Origin: Chitinophagaceae bacterium
GTDB taxonomy: Bacteria; Bacteroidota; Bacteroidia; Chitinophagales; Chitinophagaceae
Assembly (NCBI GenBank): GCA_040509055.1
Contig: JBEVLT010000352.1
Location: 1 to 39,480, forward strand
Direction of reading: 5' to 3'
Length of the DNA stretch: 39,480 nucleotides
Positions within the stretch are counted from its first letter, which is position 1; every line of letters begins with the position of its first letter. Below the pieces are notes generated by a model. That model did not search any database. It was not told where the DNA came from and was given only the letters and a program-made list of their open reading frames with translations. The translations under genes and the position numbers were made by a program. Below, piece by piece: positions 1 to 9,347 of the stretch.

Positions 1-15
1 ATTTCATGTCTTGAT

Positions 16-46
16 AAGAGGCCGGGTTTTCCGGCCTCTTCTTTTT
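16..46 (+). terminator. Rho-independent terminator of an upstream off-window gene
   Basis: Perfect 10-bp stem AAGAGGCCGG / CCGGCCTCTT (16-25 / 31-40) with a 5-nt loop, followed by CTTTTT. Confidence 0.7.
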
Positions 47-50
47 GTAA

Positions 51-58
51 TATCTTTG
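51..58 (+). promoter_or_regulatory. Bacteroidota-type -7 promoter box (TAnnTTTG) for pyrR
   Basis: Exact TATCTTTG lies 27 nt upstream of the TTG start at 86 and directly after the upstream terminator. Confidence 0.4.
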
Positions 59-85
59 GACGACTAAGCCACTAATCGATCTGCA

Positions 86-595
86 TTGAAAACGATACTT
101 ACCGGTCAGCAATTAGCAATCACCATTAAGCGCCTGGCGCACCAGATCATGGAAAACGACAGCGATCCTGCCGGCCTGATCATTATCGGCCTGCAGCCCC
201 GCGGTATTTTTCTTTCCGACCAGGTGGTGCGGGAGATCAGGAATGAAATGCCGGAGGTGCCGCTGAAGTACGGCAAGCTCGATATCACGTTTTACCGCGA
301 CGATGTGCGCAAAGAGCTGCATATCGCCAATCAAACGGATATTCCTTTTTCCATCGAAGACAGGAAGGTGGTGCTGATCGACGACGTCTTGTATACCGGT
401 CGCACCATCCGGGCTGCACTCGATGCCCTGCTCGATTTCGGCCGCCCCGGCAAGGTAGAGCTTTGCGTGCTGGTGGATCGCCGTTTCAGCCGGCAGTTTC
501 CCATTCAGCCCGATTACGTAGGCAAGGCCATCGATTCCATCATCTCCCAAAAAGTGAAGGTGGAGTGGGACAAGCATGAAGTCGTCCTGTATTAG
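86..595 (+). CDS. pyrR: Bifunctional pyrimidine regulatory protein / uracil phosphoribosyltransferase PyrR
   Basis: 169 aa. PRPP-binding loop VVLIDDVLYTGRTIRAA and the typical PyrR N-terminus (LAITIKRLAHQI). The start must be TTG because an in-frame TAA lies at 65-67 and there is no ATG in between. Confidence 0.88.
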   Translation: MKTILTGQQLAITIKRLAHQIMENDSDPAGLIIIGLQPRGIFLSDQVVREIRNEMPEVPLKYGKLDITFYRDDVRKELHIANQTDIPFSIEDRKVVLIDDVLYTGRTIRAALDALLDFGRPGKVELCVLVDRRFSRQFPIQPDYVGKAIDSIISQKVKVEWDKHEVVLY

Positions 596-762
596 TATCG
601 GCAGGATATGTTTTTGTACAAGATCGCTGCTATTGACAGTTCAATCCCTGTAATCTTCAATTCGGTCATGAATGGCTGTTTTTCCGGGCCATGTTCAGCT
701 ATGTTTACAGTAAGCCGGTTGCGGATCGCCCGGACATTTTAATTCACCATAATCATCACGTT

Positions 763-1287
763 ATGAAAAAGATTTTTTTATTGATCGGTATTGCCTGTAT
801 TTCCGCTACTGCTTTTGCGCAGCAGGGCGCCGTCAGGATCGGTGTAGGCGCTGACTTTGGTATTCCCACCGGCAGTTTCGGCGACATTTTCAGCGCAGGT
901 ATCGGTGGCTATGCCAAAGGCCTGTTTGGTGTGAGCGAGCATGGTTATGCTACGTTTACCACTGGTTATTCATCATTCAAAGCCAAGGGGTCGGGCAGCC
1001 TGGGCAAAGTGACCTGGGGCATTGTACCCCTGCTGGCCGGCTACCGCCATCATTTCAGCCGCTTTTTTGCTGAACCTCAGGCGGGTTATTCCATCAACAT
1101 CGCCAAGGCAACGATAAGCGGCGTATCGGCGAACGAATCTGAAGGCGCTTTTACCTGGGCAGTGGGCGTAGGCTTTATGGCCAGCCCGAAAGTGGAACTG
1201 GGGCTCCGGTACCAGAGCGCACACAAGGAAGGCGATGCCGTATCGCTGGTCGGGCTGCGGCTGGGCTATAATTTTTCCCTCCGGTAA
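763..1287 (+). CDS. Outer-membrane beta-barrel (porin-family) protein
   Basis: Internal Met at 763 gives the signal peptide MKKIFLLIGIACISATAFAQQ. The rest is Gly/aromatic-rich with an alternating pattern. The ORF-track start at 691 adds a non-signal extension. Confidence 0.65.
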   Translation: MKKIFLLIGIACISATAFAQQGAVRIGVGADFGIPTGSFGDIFSAGIGGYAKGLFGVSEHGYATFTTGYSSFKAKGSGSLGKVTWGIVPLLAGYRHHFSRFFAEPQAGYSINIAKATISGVSANESEGAFTWAVGVGFMASPKVELGLRYQSAHKEGDAVSLVGLRLGYNFSLR

Positions 1288-1307
1288 AACGGTCAGGGTT
1301 TTGCAGG

Positions 1308-1337
1308 AAAGGGCTGGTCTCACCGGCCCTTTTTTTA
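1308..1337 (+). terminator. Rho-independent terminator after the OMP gene
   Basis: Stem GGGCTGGT / ACCGGCCC (8 bp including one G-U pair), loop CTC, then TTTTTTTAT. Confidence 0.7.
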
Positions 1338-1446
1338 TAGCCGGCTAGCATCCAGGCTGCTGAAATGCAGGGTGATTTTTGCCCAAACAGGTTAGCGGAT
1401 AATCCGCCGCCCGTTTTATTTGGTTTTCTATTATCTTCGCTCTTTA

Positions 1447-2370
1447 ATGAGCCTTTCTACCAAACATCTCCTCGGTATCAGAGATCTCACAAAAGAAGAT
1501 ATATCCCTCATTTTACAGACAGCAGAGCAGTTCAAAGAAGTGTTGCAGCGGCCGGTCAAGAAAGTACCTTCCCTGCGCGATGTGGTGGTTGTGAACCTTT
1601 TTTTTGAAAACTCTACCCGTACCCGCATTTCCTTTGAGCTGGCAGAGAAGCGCCTTTCGGCCGATACGATCAGCTTTACGGCTTCTTCTTCGTCGGTGGC
1701 CAAGGGCGAAACGCTGCTCGACACGGTCAACAACATTTTATCCATGAAGGTGGATATGGTGGTGATGCGGCATAGTGCCAGCGGGGCGCCTCATTTCCTG
1801 GCCCGTCATATCCCTGCCGCGATCATCAATGCCGGCGATGGCATCAACGAGCACCCCACGCAGGGCCTGCTCGATGCTTTTTCCATCCGGGAAAAGACCG
1901 GTGGACTCGAAGGCCGCAAAGTGGCGATCATCGGCGATATCATGCACAGCCGGGTGGCGCAGAGCAATATTCACCTGCTCAATAAAATGGGCGCAGAGGT
2001 GACCGTGTGCGGACCACCTACGCTGGTGCCGAAATACATCCGCGAAGCACTGGGGGTGAACGTAAGTTATAACCTGAGGGAAACGCTGGAATGGTGCGAT
2101 GTGGCCAATGTGCTGCGTATACAGCTGGAACGGCAAAACCAGGTGTTGTTCTCTTCCCTGCGCGAGTACAATCTGGCCTATGGCATCAGCCGCAAACTGC
2201 TGGACAGCCTGCAGAAAGAGATCGTGATCATGCACCCGGGCCCGATCAACCGGGGAGTGGAGCTGGACAGCGATGTGGCAGACAGCGGGCAATCGATTAT
2301 TTTGCAGCAGGTAGAGAATGGGGTGGCGGTGAGGATGGCGGTATTGTACTTGCTGGCGAACCGGAATTGA
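1447..2370 (+). CDS. pyrB: Aspartate carbamoyltransferase catalytic subunit
   Basis: Carbamoyl-phosphate motif FENSTRTR, plus HPTQ and the HPGP(INRG) motif. Start placed at MSLSTKHLLGI (ATG 1447) rather than the ORF-track start at 1420. Confidence 0.92.
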   Translation: MSLSTKHLLGIRDLTKEDISLILQTAEQFKEVLQRPVKKVPSLRDVVVVNLFFENSTRTRISFELAEKRLSADTISFTASSSSVAKGETLLDTVNNILSMKVDMVVMRHSASGAPHFLARHIPAAIINAGDGINEHPTQGLLDAFSIREKTGGLEGRKVAIIGDIMHSRVAQSNIHLLNKMGAEVTVCGPPTLVPKYIREALGVNVSYNLRETLEWCDVANVLRIQLERQNQVLFSSLREYNLAYGISRKLLDSLQKEIVIMHPGPINRGVELDSDVADSGQSIILQQVENGVAVRMAVLYLLANRN

Positions 2371-2580
2371 CATTGCTTGAGGTTTTGGAACACTCCGTGG
2401 TTTGCAGGTGCTTTTTTATCGCGATGGATGACTGATCGGTTTGTGTGTTCTGGTATTATGCCGGTCCGGGTTTAAAGAATACCACTACAATCAAACGAAT
2501 TTTCGAATAAGGATAACATCGAACCTCCGGCACCGGATCAGGAGAGCTTCGAAACACAAGAAACCCAAACAATTAACAGC

Positions 2581-3054
2581 ATGCCCCGCATCTGCCTCTT
2601 CCCCGGAACCTTCGACCCCCTCACCCTCGGTCATGTGGATATCATCGACAGGGCCATGCCTCTGTTTGATAAGATCATCGTCGGCGTAGGACTCAATGCC
2701 TCCAAAGTACCCATGTTTTCAGCCGATCAGCGGGTGCAATGGATCAATGATATTTATAAAGAGCATGATAATGTAGAAGGGGCCGTCTATGAAGGGCTTA
2801 CCATCGATTATTGCAAAACCATCGGGGCCCGGTTCATCCTGCGCGGCATCCGCTATGTCAGCGATTTTGAGTATGAGAAAACGATCGCCGATGCCAACCG
2901 TACGCTTGATAAGTCGATCGAAACGATCTTTCTGACGGGTGAGCCGAAATATACTTCGGTGGCGTCCACCATTGTCCGCGACATCATCCGTAACGGCGGC
3001 AACGCACAGCCTTTTCTTCCGCCCGTAGTATATGAATCACTGAAAAAAAATTAA
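2581..3054 (+). CDS. coaD: Phosphopantetheine adenylyltransferase
   Basis: 157 aa. N-terminal FPGTFDPLTLGHVDII (nucleotidyltransferase T/HxGH motif) and typical CoaD length. Confidence 0.92.
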   Translation: MPRICLFPGTFDPLTLGHVDIIDRAMPLFDKIIVGVGLNASKVPMFSADQRVQWINDIYKEHDNVEGAVYEGLTIDYCKTIGARFILRGIRYVSDFEYEKTIADANRTLDKSIETIFLTGEPKYTSVASTIVRDIIRNGGNAQPFLPPVVYESLKKN

Positions 3055-3058
3055 GCAC

Positions 3059-3517
3059 ATGCCTGTTATCTGGTTCGATAAACAGCTTACACTCGACCAA
3101 TTCAGCCGTATCGGCAACCGCACCATGGCGGAACACCTCGGCATCGAATGGGTGGAGCTGGGAAATGATTACCTGAAGGCGAAAATGCCGGTAGATGACC
3201 GCACCCGGCAACCCTATGGCCTGTTGCATGGCGGCGCCTCCTGCGTGCTGGCGGAGACCGTTGGCAGCGTAGCTTCGGCCATGGTGGTGGATCATGAGAA
3301 ATTTGTATGCGTAGGGCTGGAGATCAATGCCAATCACGTTCGCAGTGCCCGCGAAGGGTATGTGACCGGTATCGCCTCCCCGCTGCACCTGGGGGCCAAT
3401 ACGCATGTGTGGGACATCCGGATCTACGACGAGGTGCAGCGGCTGGTATGCGTAAGCCGCCTTACCGTAGCGATCATCCCGCGCAAGGAAGGATCACACC
3501 GCCCCACCAGCCTGTAA
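3059..3517 (+). CDS. PaaI/YbdB-family hotdog-fold thioesterase
   Basis: Motif LHGGASCVLAETVGS and about 150 aa. Starts 4 nt after coaD, so probably co-transcribed. Its 3' end overlaps the convergent NUDIX gene by 24 nt. Confidence 0.78.
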   Translation: MPVIWFDKQLTLDQFSRIGNRTMAEHLGIEWVELGNDYLKAKMPVDDRTRQPYGLLHGGASCVLAETVGSVASAMVVDHEKFVCVGLEINANHVRSAREGYVTGIASPLHLGANTHVWDIRIYDEVQRLVCVSRLTVAIIPRKEGSHRPTSL

Positions 3518-4120
3518 TACGTCGATAATCGCCGGGAAAACATTGCCGGTATATTCGTTCAATCCGGCGGCCGGTACCCATTTTATTTCCAGTATATCTT
3601 CTTCGGTCTGCGGTACCAGCGGCTGATCGCCGGGAGCGGTCATGGTATACCAGTGCGATTCTTTCAGCACGAACCGCGTGCCCTGGTGGTAGGTATGCCA
3701 GGTAACCACCAGCGGCCCCTCCAGCCGGATATTTTTCAGTCCTGTTTCTTCTTCCACTTCTCTCACTGCACAGGCTTCCAGCGTTTCACCTTCGTCCAGT
3801 TTGCCCTTGGGCAGGTCCCATTTGCCGCGGCGGAATATCAGGAGCAGCTGGTCCTTGTCGTTTTTCACCAGCCCCCCTGCCGCCCGGATGAGCGTGAATT
3901 TTTTAAAGAACGCCTGTTGCAGTTCGTCCAGGCTGGTATGAAGAAAAACGCCGGCATGCACCTGTGGCTGTTCCATCTCGCGGATCATGGTTTTGACCGT
4001 ATGCGTATCCAGCTCGTCGATGAAAATGGCATCATCGTGGTGCAGGTACGGTTCGATGGCTTCATCGATCTGGTCGCAGAGAAACAGGGGTTTGTCGTCG
4101 AAATAGATCTTGATATACAT
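3494..4120 (-). CDS. NUDIX hydrolase with an N-terminal extra domain
   Basis: Complete Nudix box GKLDEGETLEACAVREVEEETGL (GX5EX7REUXEEXGU). Confidence 0.85.
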   Translation of the reverse strand: MYIKIYFDDKPLFLCDQIDEAIEPYLHHDDAIFIDELDTHTVKTMIREMEQPQVHAGVFLHTSLDELQQAFFKKFTLIRAAGGLVKNDKDQLLLIFRRGKWDLPKGKLDEGETLEACAVREVEEETGLKNIRLEGPLVVTWHTYHQGTRFVLKESHWYTMTAPGDQPLVPQTEEDILEIKWVPAAGLNEYTGNVFPAIIDVLQAGGAV

Positions 4121-4185
4121 ATGCCTGAACTTTTTTTGGCCGGTCCGTCACTCAGTTATCTTTCCGCCTTTCTTACCTTCGCCGC

Positions 4186-4821
4186 ATGACAGATGCCAAA
4201 GCGGTAGCAGAAAAACTGCTCCAGGTCAACGCCGTAAAGTTAAACGTAAAAGAGCCTTATACATGGGCCAGCGGCTGGAAAAGCCCCATTTATTGCGACA
4301 ACCGCAAAGTGTTGTCTTTTCCCTATACCCGCGACTATTTCAAGTCCGAACTTTGTAACATCCTTTTCGAAAAATACCCGGAAGCAGATATGCTGGCCGG
4401 GGTAGCTACGGCAGGCATTGCCTGGGGCGCCATGGCGGCCGACCAACTGAAGCTGGCTTATATTTACGTGCGTCCCAAACCCAAAGAGCATGGCCTGGGC
4501 AACCAGATCGAAGGACATTTTGAGAAAGGACAAAAAGTGGTGGTGATCGAAGACCTGGTGTCTACCGGCGGCAGCAGCCTGCAGGCCGTGGATGTGCTGA
4601 AGCAGGCCGGCCTGGATGTGATCGGGCTGGTTTCCCTGTTTACATACGGGTTCCCGGTGGCGGCGGAAGCCTTTGCAAAAGCCGGGGTTCCTTATCAGTC
4701 GCTTTCCGATTACCCGTCGCTGATCGAAGTGGCCAGGGCCAACGGTACCGTTTCCGCCGGTGAAGAAGCCATTTTGTTAAAATGGCGGGATGACCCGGCT
4801 GGTTGGAAAGGGGTTTTGTAA
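4186..4821 (+). CDS. pyrE: Orotate phosphoribosyltransferase
   Basis: 211 aa. N-terminal pattern SGWKSPIYCDNR and PRPP loop VVVIEDLVSTGGS. Confidence 0.9.
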   Translation: MTDAKAVAEKLLQVNAVKLNVKEPYTWASGWKSPIYCDNRKVLSFPYTRDYFKSELCNILFEKYPEADMLAGVATAGIAWGAMAADQLKLAYIYVRPKPKEHGLGNQIEGHFEKGQKVVVIEDLVSTGGSSLQAVDVLKQAGLDVIGLVSLFTYGFPVAAEAFAKAGVPYQSLSDYPSLIEVARANGTVSAGEEAILLKWRDDPAGWKGVL

Positions 4822-4826
4822 TTTTG
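4819..4826 (+). promoter_or_regulatory. -7 promoter box (TAnnTTTG) for the HMA-domain gene
   Basis: Exact TAATTTTG overlaps the pyrE stop codon and ends 15 nt upstream of ATG 4842. Confidence 0.35.
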
Positions 4827-4841
4827 CCTCAAATTCTACCG

Positions 4842-5237
4842 ATGAAATACTTTTTGCTGACGTTGCTGGCTATTGCCGGTCTGGGCATCACCTCCTTTTC
4901 ACAGACCAAAGCGCTGGAAACGGCAAAGATCAAAACGCCTACGGCCGCCTGCGAAGCCTGCAAAACAAGGATCGAATCCTACCTGGACCGCTACGATGGC
5001 GTGCAGTTCGTGAATGTGAACTTCCGCAGGGGCGAAACGACAGTAAAATACCTGACCGACCGTACCAACCTGGAAGCCATCAAAACGGCTATTGCCAATG
5101 CCGGGTATGATGCCGACGATATACCGGCCAACGAAGAATCGTACAAACGTCTGCCGAAAGCCTGTAAGAAATTTGAAGACGGGGGAGGTCATCCCAAACC
5201 CAAAGTGCCGGCTCCGGCTCCAGCCCCGGCAGGGTGA
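4842..5237 (+). CDS. Secreted heavy-metal-associated (HMA) domain protein
   Basis: Signal peptide MKYFLLTLLAIAGLGITSFSQ. HMA fold pattern with CxxC (AACEACKTRIE) and a Pro/Ala-rich tail. The ORF-track TTG start at 4803 would overlap pyrE. Confidence 0.68.
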   Translation: MKYFLLTLLAIAGLGITSFSQTKALETAKIKTPTAACEACKTRIESYLDRYDGVQFVNVNFRRGETTVKYLTDRTNLEAIKTAIANAGYDADDIPANEESYKRLPKACKKFEDGGGHPKPKVPAPAPAPAG

Positions 5238-5290
5238 TACCATCGTTTACAGCCCTGCTTACGGGCAGGCAAGTTTAAAAAATTACCGCT

Positions 5291-6001
5291 ATGCGTTTTA
5301 TCCTTTTCGCCTGCCTGTTTATTTCCACCCACTCCGTTGCACAGTGGAAGAGCTACATCATCGGGGTACGCGGCGATACGCTGAACCGGGTGGACCTGAA
5401 GGACAAAAAACAGGGTCCCTGGGTCGTTCACGTAGACCCCCTGCGTGGTGAGCCGGGTTATGACGAACAGGGCTATTTTATCGACGATGTAAAGAATGGC
5501 CAGTGGGTGCGTTTCTCGCTGATGGGCGATAAGATTGCCGAGGAAAATTACCGCTGGGGCAGCCTGGATGGCCGGTCGCGCTACTACACGCGGTACGGCG
5601 CCCTGCTGCGCGAAGAAAGCTGGCGCGCGGTAGACCCTACCAAAAGCATGGATACCGTGGATGTGCTGGATGTCAACGATCCGACGAAGGTGGTGGACAG
5701 GGTAGAAGTGAAACTGACAGGCCAGACCTACAAGCATGGCGAATGGACGTATTATGACACTGAATCGGGCGCCATTGAGAAGACCGAACGGTATTTCCTG
5801 GATAAACTGCAAATCGGCGACGGCGGTGCAGCCGACGACGAGCAGTTGAAACCCATCGGTATTGTCCGGCCGCCCTACCGGCCTGCCACCGACTCGCTTG
5901 GCAACAAGGCGGTGCCTAAACCGCAGGTGGCGCTGGACTATGAAAAAAAGAACTCCGGCAAAAAGAAGATCCGTACCCGCAACGGGCAAACCGGTTTTTG
6001 A
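5291..6001 (+). CDS. Secreted MORN-variant (YwqK-like) repeat protein
   Basis: Signal peptide MRFILFACLFISTHSVAQ. Repeated G.W..Y pattern (KQGPWVVH, KNGQWVRF, KHGEWTYY). Confidence 0.5.
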   Translation: MRFILFACLFISTHSVAQWKSYIIGVRGDTLNRVDLKDKKQGPWVVHVDPLRGEPGYDEQGYFIDDVKNGQWVRFSLMGDKIAEENYRWGSLDGRSRYYTRYGALLREESWRAVDPTKSMDTVDVLDVNDPTKVVDRVEVKLTGQTYKHGEWTYYDTESGAIEKTERYFLDKLQIGDGGAADDEQLKPIGIVRPPYRPATDSLGNKAVPKPQVALDYEKKNSGKKKIRTRNGQTGF

Positions 6002-6035
6002 TCCCCGTTATGCCGGGATGGCCAGTGCGCAGCGC

Positions 6036-6875
6036 TTATCGCTGCAGCCTTCTGCTGAAATAATTCCTGAAATACAATAGCTGGTATTGTACGGCATTGG
6101 ACCAGTAGGTCCAGTCATGTTTACCCGGCCGTTCCGTATACTCGTGCGGTATATGCAGGCGCAGCATTTTTTCGTGCAACGCATGGTTGTCGGCATAGAA
6201 AAAGTCTTCCGTGCCGCAGTCGATGATAATGCCCAGGGAATCGGTGGCGGCTTTTGTAGCGGCATAGCGCTCTGCCACGGCGCTTACCGAATAATCTTTC
6301 CAGTTGGCTGCATAGGCGATGGTGTCGCCGATGCGTTTGCTAATGTCAAACCGGGTGCGGCAGCAATCCAGGTTTACCCCGCCGCTCATGCTGCCGCAGG
6401 CCCCGAATCGCTCCGTATGCCGCAGGCCCAGGAACAAACCGCCGTGCCCGCCCATGCTGAGGCCCGTGATGGCGCGTGCCCGGCGGTCGTTGATCGTAAA
6501 GTAGTGTGCATCGATCCAGGCGGGTACTTCTTCTGCTATATAGGTTTCGTACCGCATGGCGGTATCCACCGGGCTATCGAAATACCAGCTGCTGAAGCCG
6601 CCGTCCGGGCACACGATCATCAACCGGTAGTTGTCTGCATAGGTTTTCAGCTCCGGCACTTTTGCGATCCAGTTGCTGTAATTGCCGCTGTAGCCATGTA
6701 GCAGGTACACCACCGGCACGCGCACCGGTTTATCCTGGTCCATACCGGGTTGTATCACCACGCAGGAAAAGCTCCTGTGCATGGCCCTGCTGTAGATCGA
6801 AACTGTATCGACAGTAGCTGAATGCCCTTTTCCAAGAAAGAATACCAGCAGAATAACAGCCAGAAGATGTTTCAT
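6036..6875 (-). CDS. Secreted esterase (esterase D / CE1-like alpha/beta hydrolase)
   Basis: Signal peptide, VVYLLHGYSGN, and the nucleophile elbow GLSMGGHG. Confidence 0.8.
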   Translation of the reverse strand: MKHLLAVILLVFFLGKGHSATVDTVSIYSRAMHRSFSCVVIQPGMDQDKPVRVPVVYLLHGYSGNYSNWIAKVPELKTYADNYRLMIVCPDGGFSSWYFDSPVDTAMRYETYIAEEVPAWIDAHYFTINDRRARAITGLSMGGHGGLFLGLRHTERFGACGSMSGGVNLDCCRTRFDISKRIGDTIAYAANWKDYSVSAVAERYAATKAATDSLGIIIDCGTEDFFYADNHALHEKMLRLHIPHEYTERPGKHDWTYWSNAVQYQLLYFRNYFSRRLQR

Positions 6876-6916
6876 ATTTTAAAAGTAACTAAAACCAATT
6901 GTTTGGACGCCGGACA

Positions 6917-6947
6917 ATAAAAAAGGGTTGCCCGATCTGAGCAACCC
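6917..6947 (-). terminator. Rho-independent terminator after the M1 peptidase gene
   Basis: On the minus strand: GGGTTGC-TCAGATCGG-GCAACCC followed by TTTTTTATT. Confidence 0.6.
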
Positions 6948-6969
6948 AACCTGAAACCTTTTAAACCTG

Positions 6970-9333
6970 CTAAAACCCTTTCTTCTCCTGTGCATTCTGC
7001 ATCGGGTTCCTGGCGGGCGCTCCTCCCTGCTGCTGCCTGAAAAGCTGGAAGCGGGTAGGTTCAGGTACCGACGGCCATTTGTTATTGCTTTCGTCGATGT
7101 CGGCGGTTTCGCGCATGGGGTCCAGCCGCACGGCCGCTACTTCTTTGTCTTTGATAAACGCTTTGGTAAGGCCCTTTTCATTCTTGCGCCATACCTGTGC
7201 GGGAATGCGCTCTGTTTCCTTTGTGCCGTCCTTGTAGGTCCATTCCAGGATGATGGGCATTACCAGGCCGCCTTTGTTGGTAAACTTCAGCTCGTACAGG
7301 TACTTGCCGGCCAGCCGGGCCTTTGCATCATCGTCAAGCGGTGCATTGCCAATTGTCGCATTCACGGTGTAGCCGGATGTATCATAGGCTTCGATGCCCC
7401 GGGCATACCGCCAGTAAAAATCGCGCAGCGTGGTGTCGGCATCCGTTTCAAAGCGGATATCCTTGTTCTCCCGGTTGCGGATCTTGGAGATGTCCTCGAA
7501 AGAGTTGAGGTTGGGCCTTGCCACCTTGCGCTGCAGGGTCGTATCCCTTACCGTAGTGGCCACTTCGGCCGTAGTCCGGTATGCCTTCACGCTGTCCAGC
7601 GAGATGTCGCAGGCATCGGTGCCATAGAACCAGCCTCTCCAGAACCAGTCCAGGTCTTCGCCGCTGGCGTCTTCCATGGTCCGGAAAAAATCGGCCGGCT
7701 CGGGATGTTTGAAGGCCCAGCGCCTGGCGTATTCTTTAAAGGCATAGTCAAACAGGTCGCGGCCCATGATGGTTTCGCGCAGCATGTTCAGCCCCGTGGC
7801 TGGTTTGGAATACGCATTCGGTCCGAAGCCGATGATGTTTTCCGAGTTCGACATGATGGGCTCCAGCTGGTCCTTGGGCAGCTTCATATAGTCAGTGATC
7901 AGGTAGGCCGGTCCTCTGGTTACCGGGAACTTGTTGTCCCAAAGCTCCTCGGCCAGGTATTCACAAAACGTATTCAGCCCTTCGTCCATCCAGCTCCACT
8001 GGCGTTCGTCGCTGTTGATGATCATGGGAAAGAAGTTGTGCCCCACTTCGTGGATCACCACGCCGAGCATCCCGTTCTTCGTGCCTTCGCTGTAGGTGCC
8101 GTCTTTTTCCGTACGGCCGAAGTTGAAACAGATCATCGGGTATTCCATCCCATTGTTTGCCTCCACGCTCTGCGCTACCGGGTACGGATAGGGGATGGTG
8201 AATTTGGAATAGGTCTTTACCGTATGCGCTACGGCCTTGGTGGAATATTTCCGGTACAGGCCATAGGCTTCCTTGCCGTAAAGGCTCATCGCCATGATCT
8301 TTTTACCTTCTACTACCACGGGCATGGCATCCCATACGAATTTCGGACTGGAGCCCCAGGCAAAGTCGCGTACGTTATCGGCTTTGAATACCCAGGTCTT
8401 TTTTTGCGTGGTGGTATTTTTTTCTGCTGCTTTAGCCTCATCCAGGGTCACGATCTCCATTACATCCGTAGCGGTACGTGCTTTTTGCCAGCGGGCCAGC
8501 TGGGCAGGTGTCAGCACCTGTGCATAGTTCTGGCACTCGCCGGTGGCGCCGATGATGTGATCGGCCGGTACGGTCATCTGCACTTTGAAGTTGCCGAAGG
8601 TGAGCGCAAACTCGCCGCGGCCGGTAAACTGGTGATTTTGCCAGCCCTGGAAATCGCTGTACACGCAAAGGCGGGGATACCACTGCGCCATGGTAAACAG
8701 GTAGTTACCGTCTTCGGGAAAGTATTCATACCCGCCGCGGCCGCCTTTCTTCATGCGGTCGGCAATATTGTAGTACCAGTCGATCTTAAAAATGAATTTC
8801 TGACCGGGTTTCAATACCCCCGGCAGCTCTACCCGCATCATCGTTTTGTTGACAGTATATTTCAGTGGTTTGCCGGTAGCGTCGGCGATACTTTTGATCT
8901 TGTCGCCAAAATCGTTGGGCTGCCTGGCGGCATCCATCCGGTCCAGGGCTGCTGCAGGGGTTCGCTCGCTGATCGAGCTGCCATCCTGGTAGTTGGCATT
9001 GTTGGCCGAGCTATGCTGGTTCTCGTCCAGCTGCAGCCACAGGTAGGTGAGTTCATTGGGCGAATTGTTGAAGTACGTGATGGTCTCGCTGCCCGTCAGC
9101 CGCAGGTTCTTTTCGTCCAGCTCGCATTTGATGTCGTAATCGCAGCGCTGCTGCCAGTATTTGGGACCTGGGGCGCCGCTGGCGGTCCGGTATTCGTTGG
9201 GCGTGGGCAGGATAGTGCCCAGCTGCTCGAACTTATTTCCGTGATTGGAGTTGGAATTGTTCTGGATGTTCTGGGCCATGAGCATAGTGCCGGTAAGCAT
9301 AGACAGCAGGCTCAGCGATAACAATTTTTTCAT
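6970..9333 (-). CDS. Secreted M1-family zinc metallopeptidase
   Basis: Gluzincin signature HEVGH-X18-E (VIHEVGHNFF...WMDEGLNTF). Signal peptide MKKLLSLSLLSMLTGTMLMAQ at the internal Met (9333). The ORF-track start at 9420 would overlap the hupE-like gene. Confidence 0.9.
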   Translation of the reverse strand: MKKLLSLSLLSMLTGTMLMAQNIQNNSNSNHGNKFEQLGTILPTPNEYRTASGAPGPKYWQQRCDYDIKCELDEKNLRLTGSETITYFNNSPNELTYLWLQLDENQHSSANNANYQDGSSISERTPAAALDRMDAARQPNDFGDKIKSIADATGKPLKYTVNKTMMRVELPGVLKPGQKFIFKIDWYYNIADRMKKGGRGGYEYFPEDGNYLFTMAQWYPRLCVYSDFQGWQNHQFTGRGEFALTFGNFKVQMTVPADHIIGATGECQNYAQVLTPAQLARWQKARTATDVMEIVTLDEAKAAEKNTTTQKKTWVFKADNVRDFAWGSSPKFVWDAMPVVVEGKKIMAMSLYGKEAYGLYRKYSTKAVAHTVKTYSKFTIPYPYPVAQSVEANNGMEYPMICFNFGRTEKDGTYSEGTKNGMLGVVIHEVGHNFFPMIINSDERQWSWMDEGLNTFCEYLAEELWDNKFPVTRGPAYLITDYMKLPKDQLEPIMSNSENIIGFGPNAYSKPATGLNMLRETIMGRDLFDYAFKEYARRWAFKHPEPADFFRTMEDASGEDLDWFWRGWFYGTDACDISLDSVKAYRTTAEVATTVRDTTLQRKVARPNLNSFEDISKIRNRENKDIRFETDADTTLRDFYWRYARGIEAYDTSGYTVNATIGNAPLDDDAKARLAGKYLYELKFTNKGGLVMPIILEWTYKDGTKETERIPAQVWRKNEKGLTKAFIKDKEVAAVRLDPMRETADIDESNNKWPSVPEPTRFQLFRQQQGGAPARNPMQNAQEKKGF

Positions 9334-9347
9334 GCAATGTGATTTAT

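Noticed and set aside
1338-1446. A PyrR-dependent attenuator in the pyrB leader.
   Set aside because: The leader contains AUCCAGGCUG (about 1348-1360), only a partial match to the PyrR box (A/G)UCCAGAGAGGCU. It also has a weak 5-bp hairpin, GCGGA-UAA-UCCGC (1395-1407), that is 6 nt away from a broken U-tract. This is too weak to call, and pyrR is separated from pyrB by an OMP gene that has its own terminator.
3494-3517. A 24-nt 3' overlap between the convergent thioesterase and NUDIX genes.
   Set aside because: Both reading frames are otherwise well supported, and short convergent overlaps are common. It may only reflect non-conserved C-terminal tails. No further signal is seen.
5291-6001. 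A possible toxin-antitoxin component, since MORN-variant proteins are often labelled YwqK-family antitoxin.
   Set aside because: The protein has a signal peptide, there is no adjacent toxin gene, and the neighbours are housekeeping genes. The label is an annotation artefact of the repeat family.
7705-9321. A 538-aa ORF antisense to the M1 peptidase. Similar long shadow ORFs occur at 5189-5989, 11152-11907, 13253-14014, 17196-17903, 19931-20833, 20855-21922 and 30689-31816.
   Set aside because: Each is fully nested opposite a confidently identified gene, has low-complexity Arg/Gly/His/Pro-rich composition, and has no start context or motifs. I treat them as antisense shadow ORFs.
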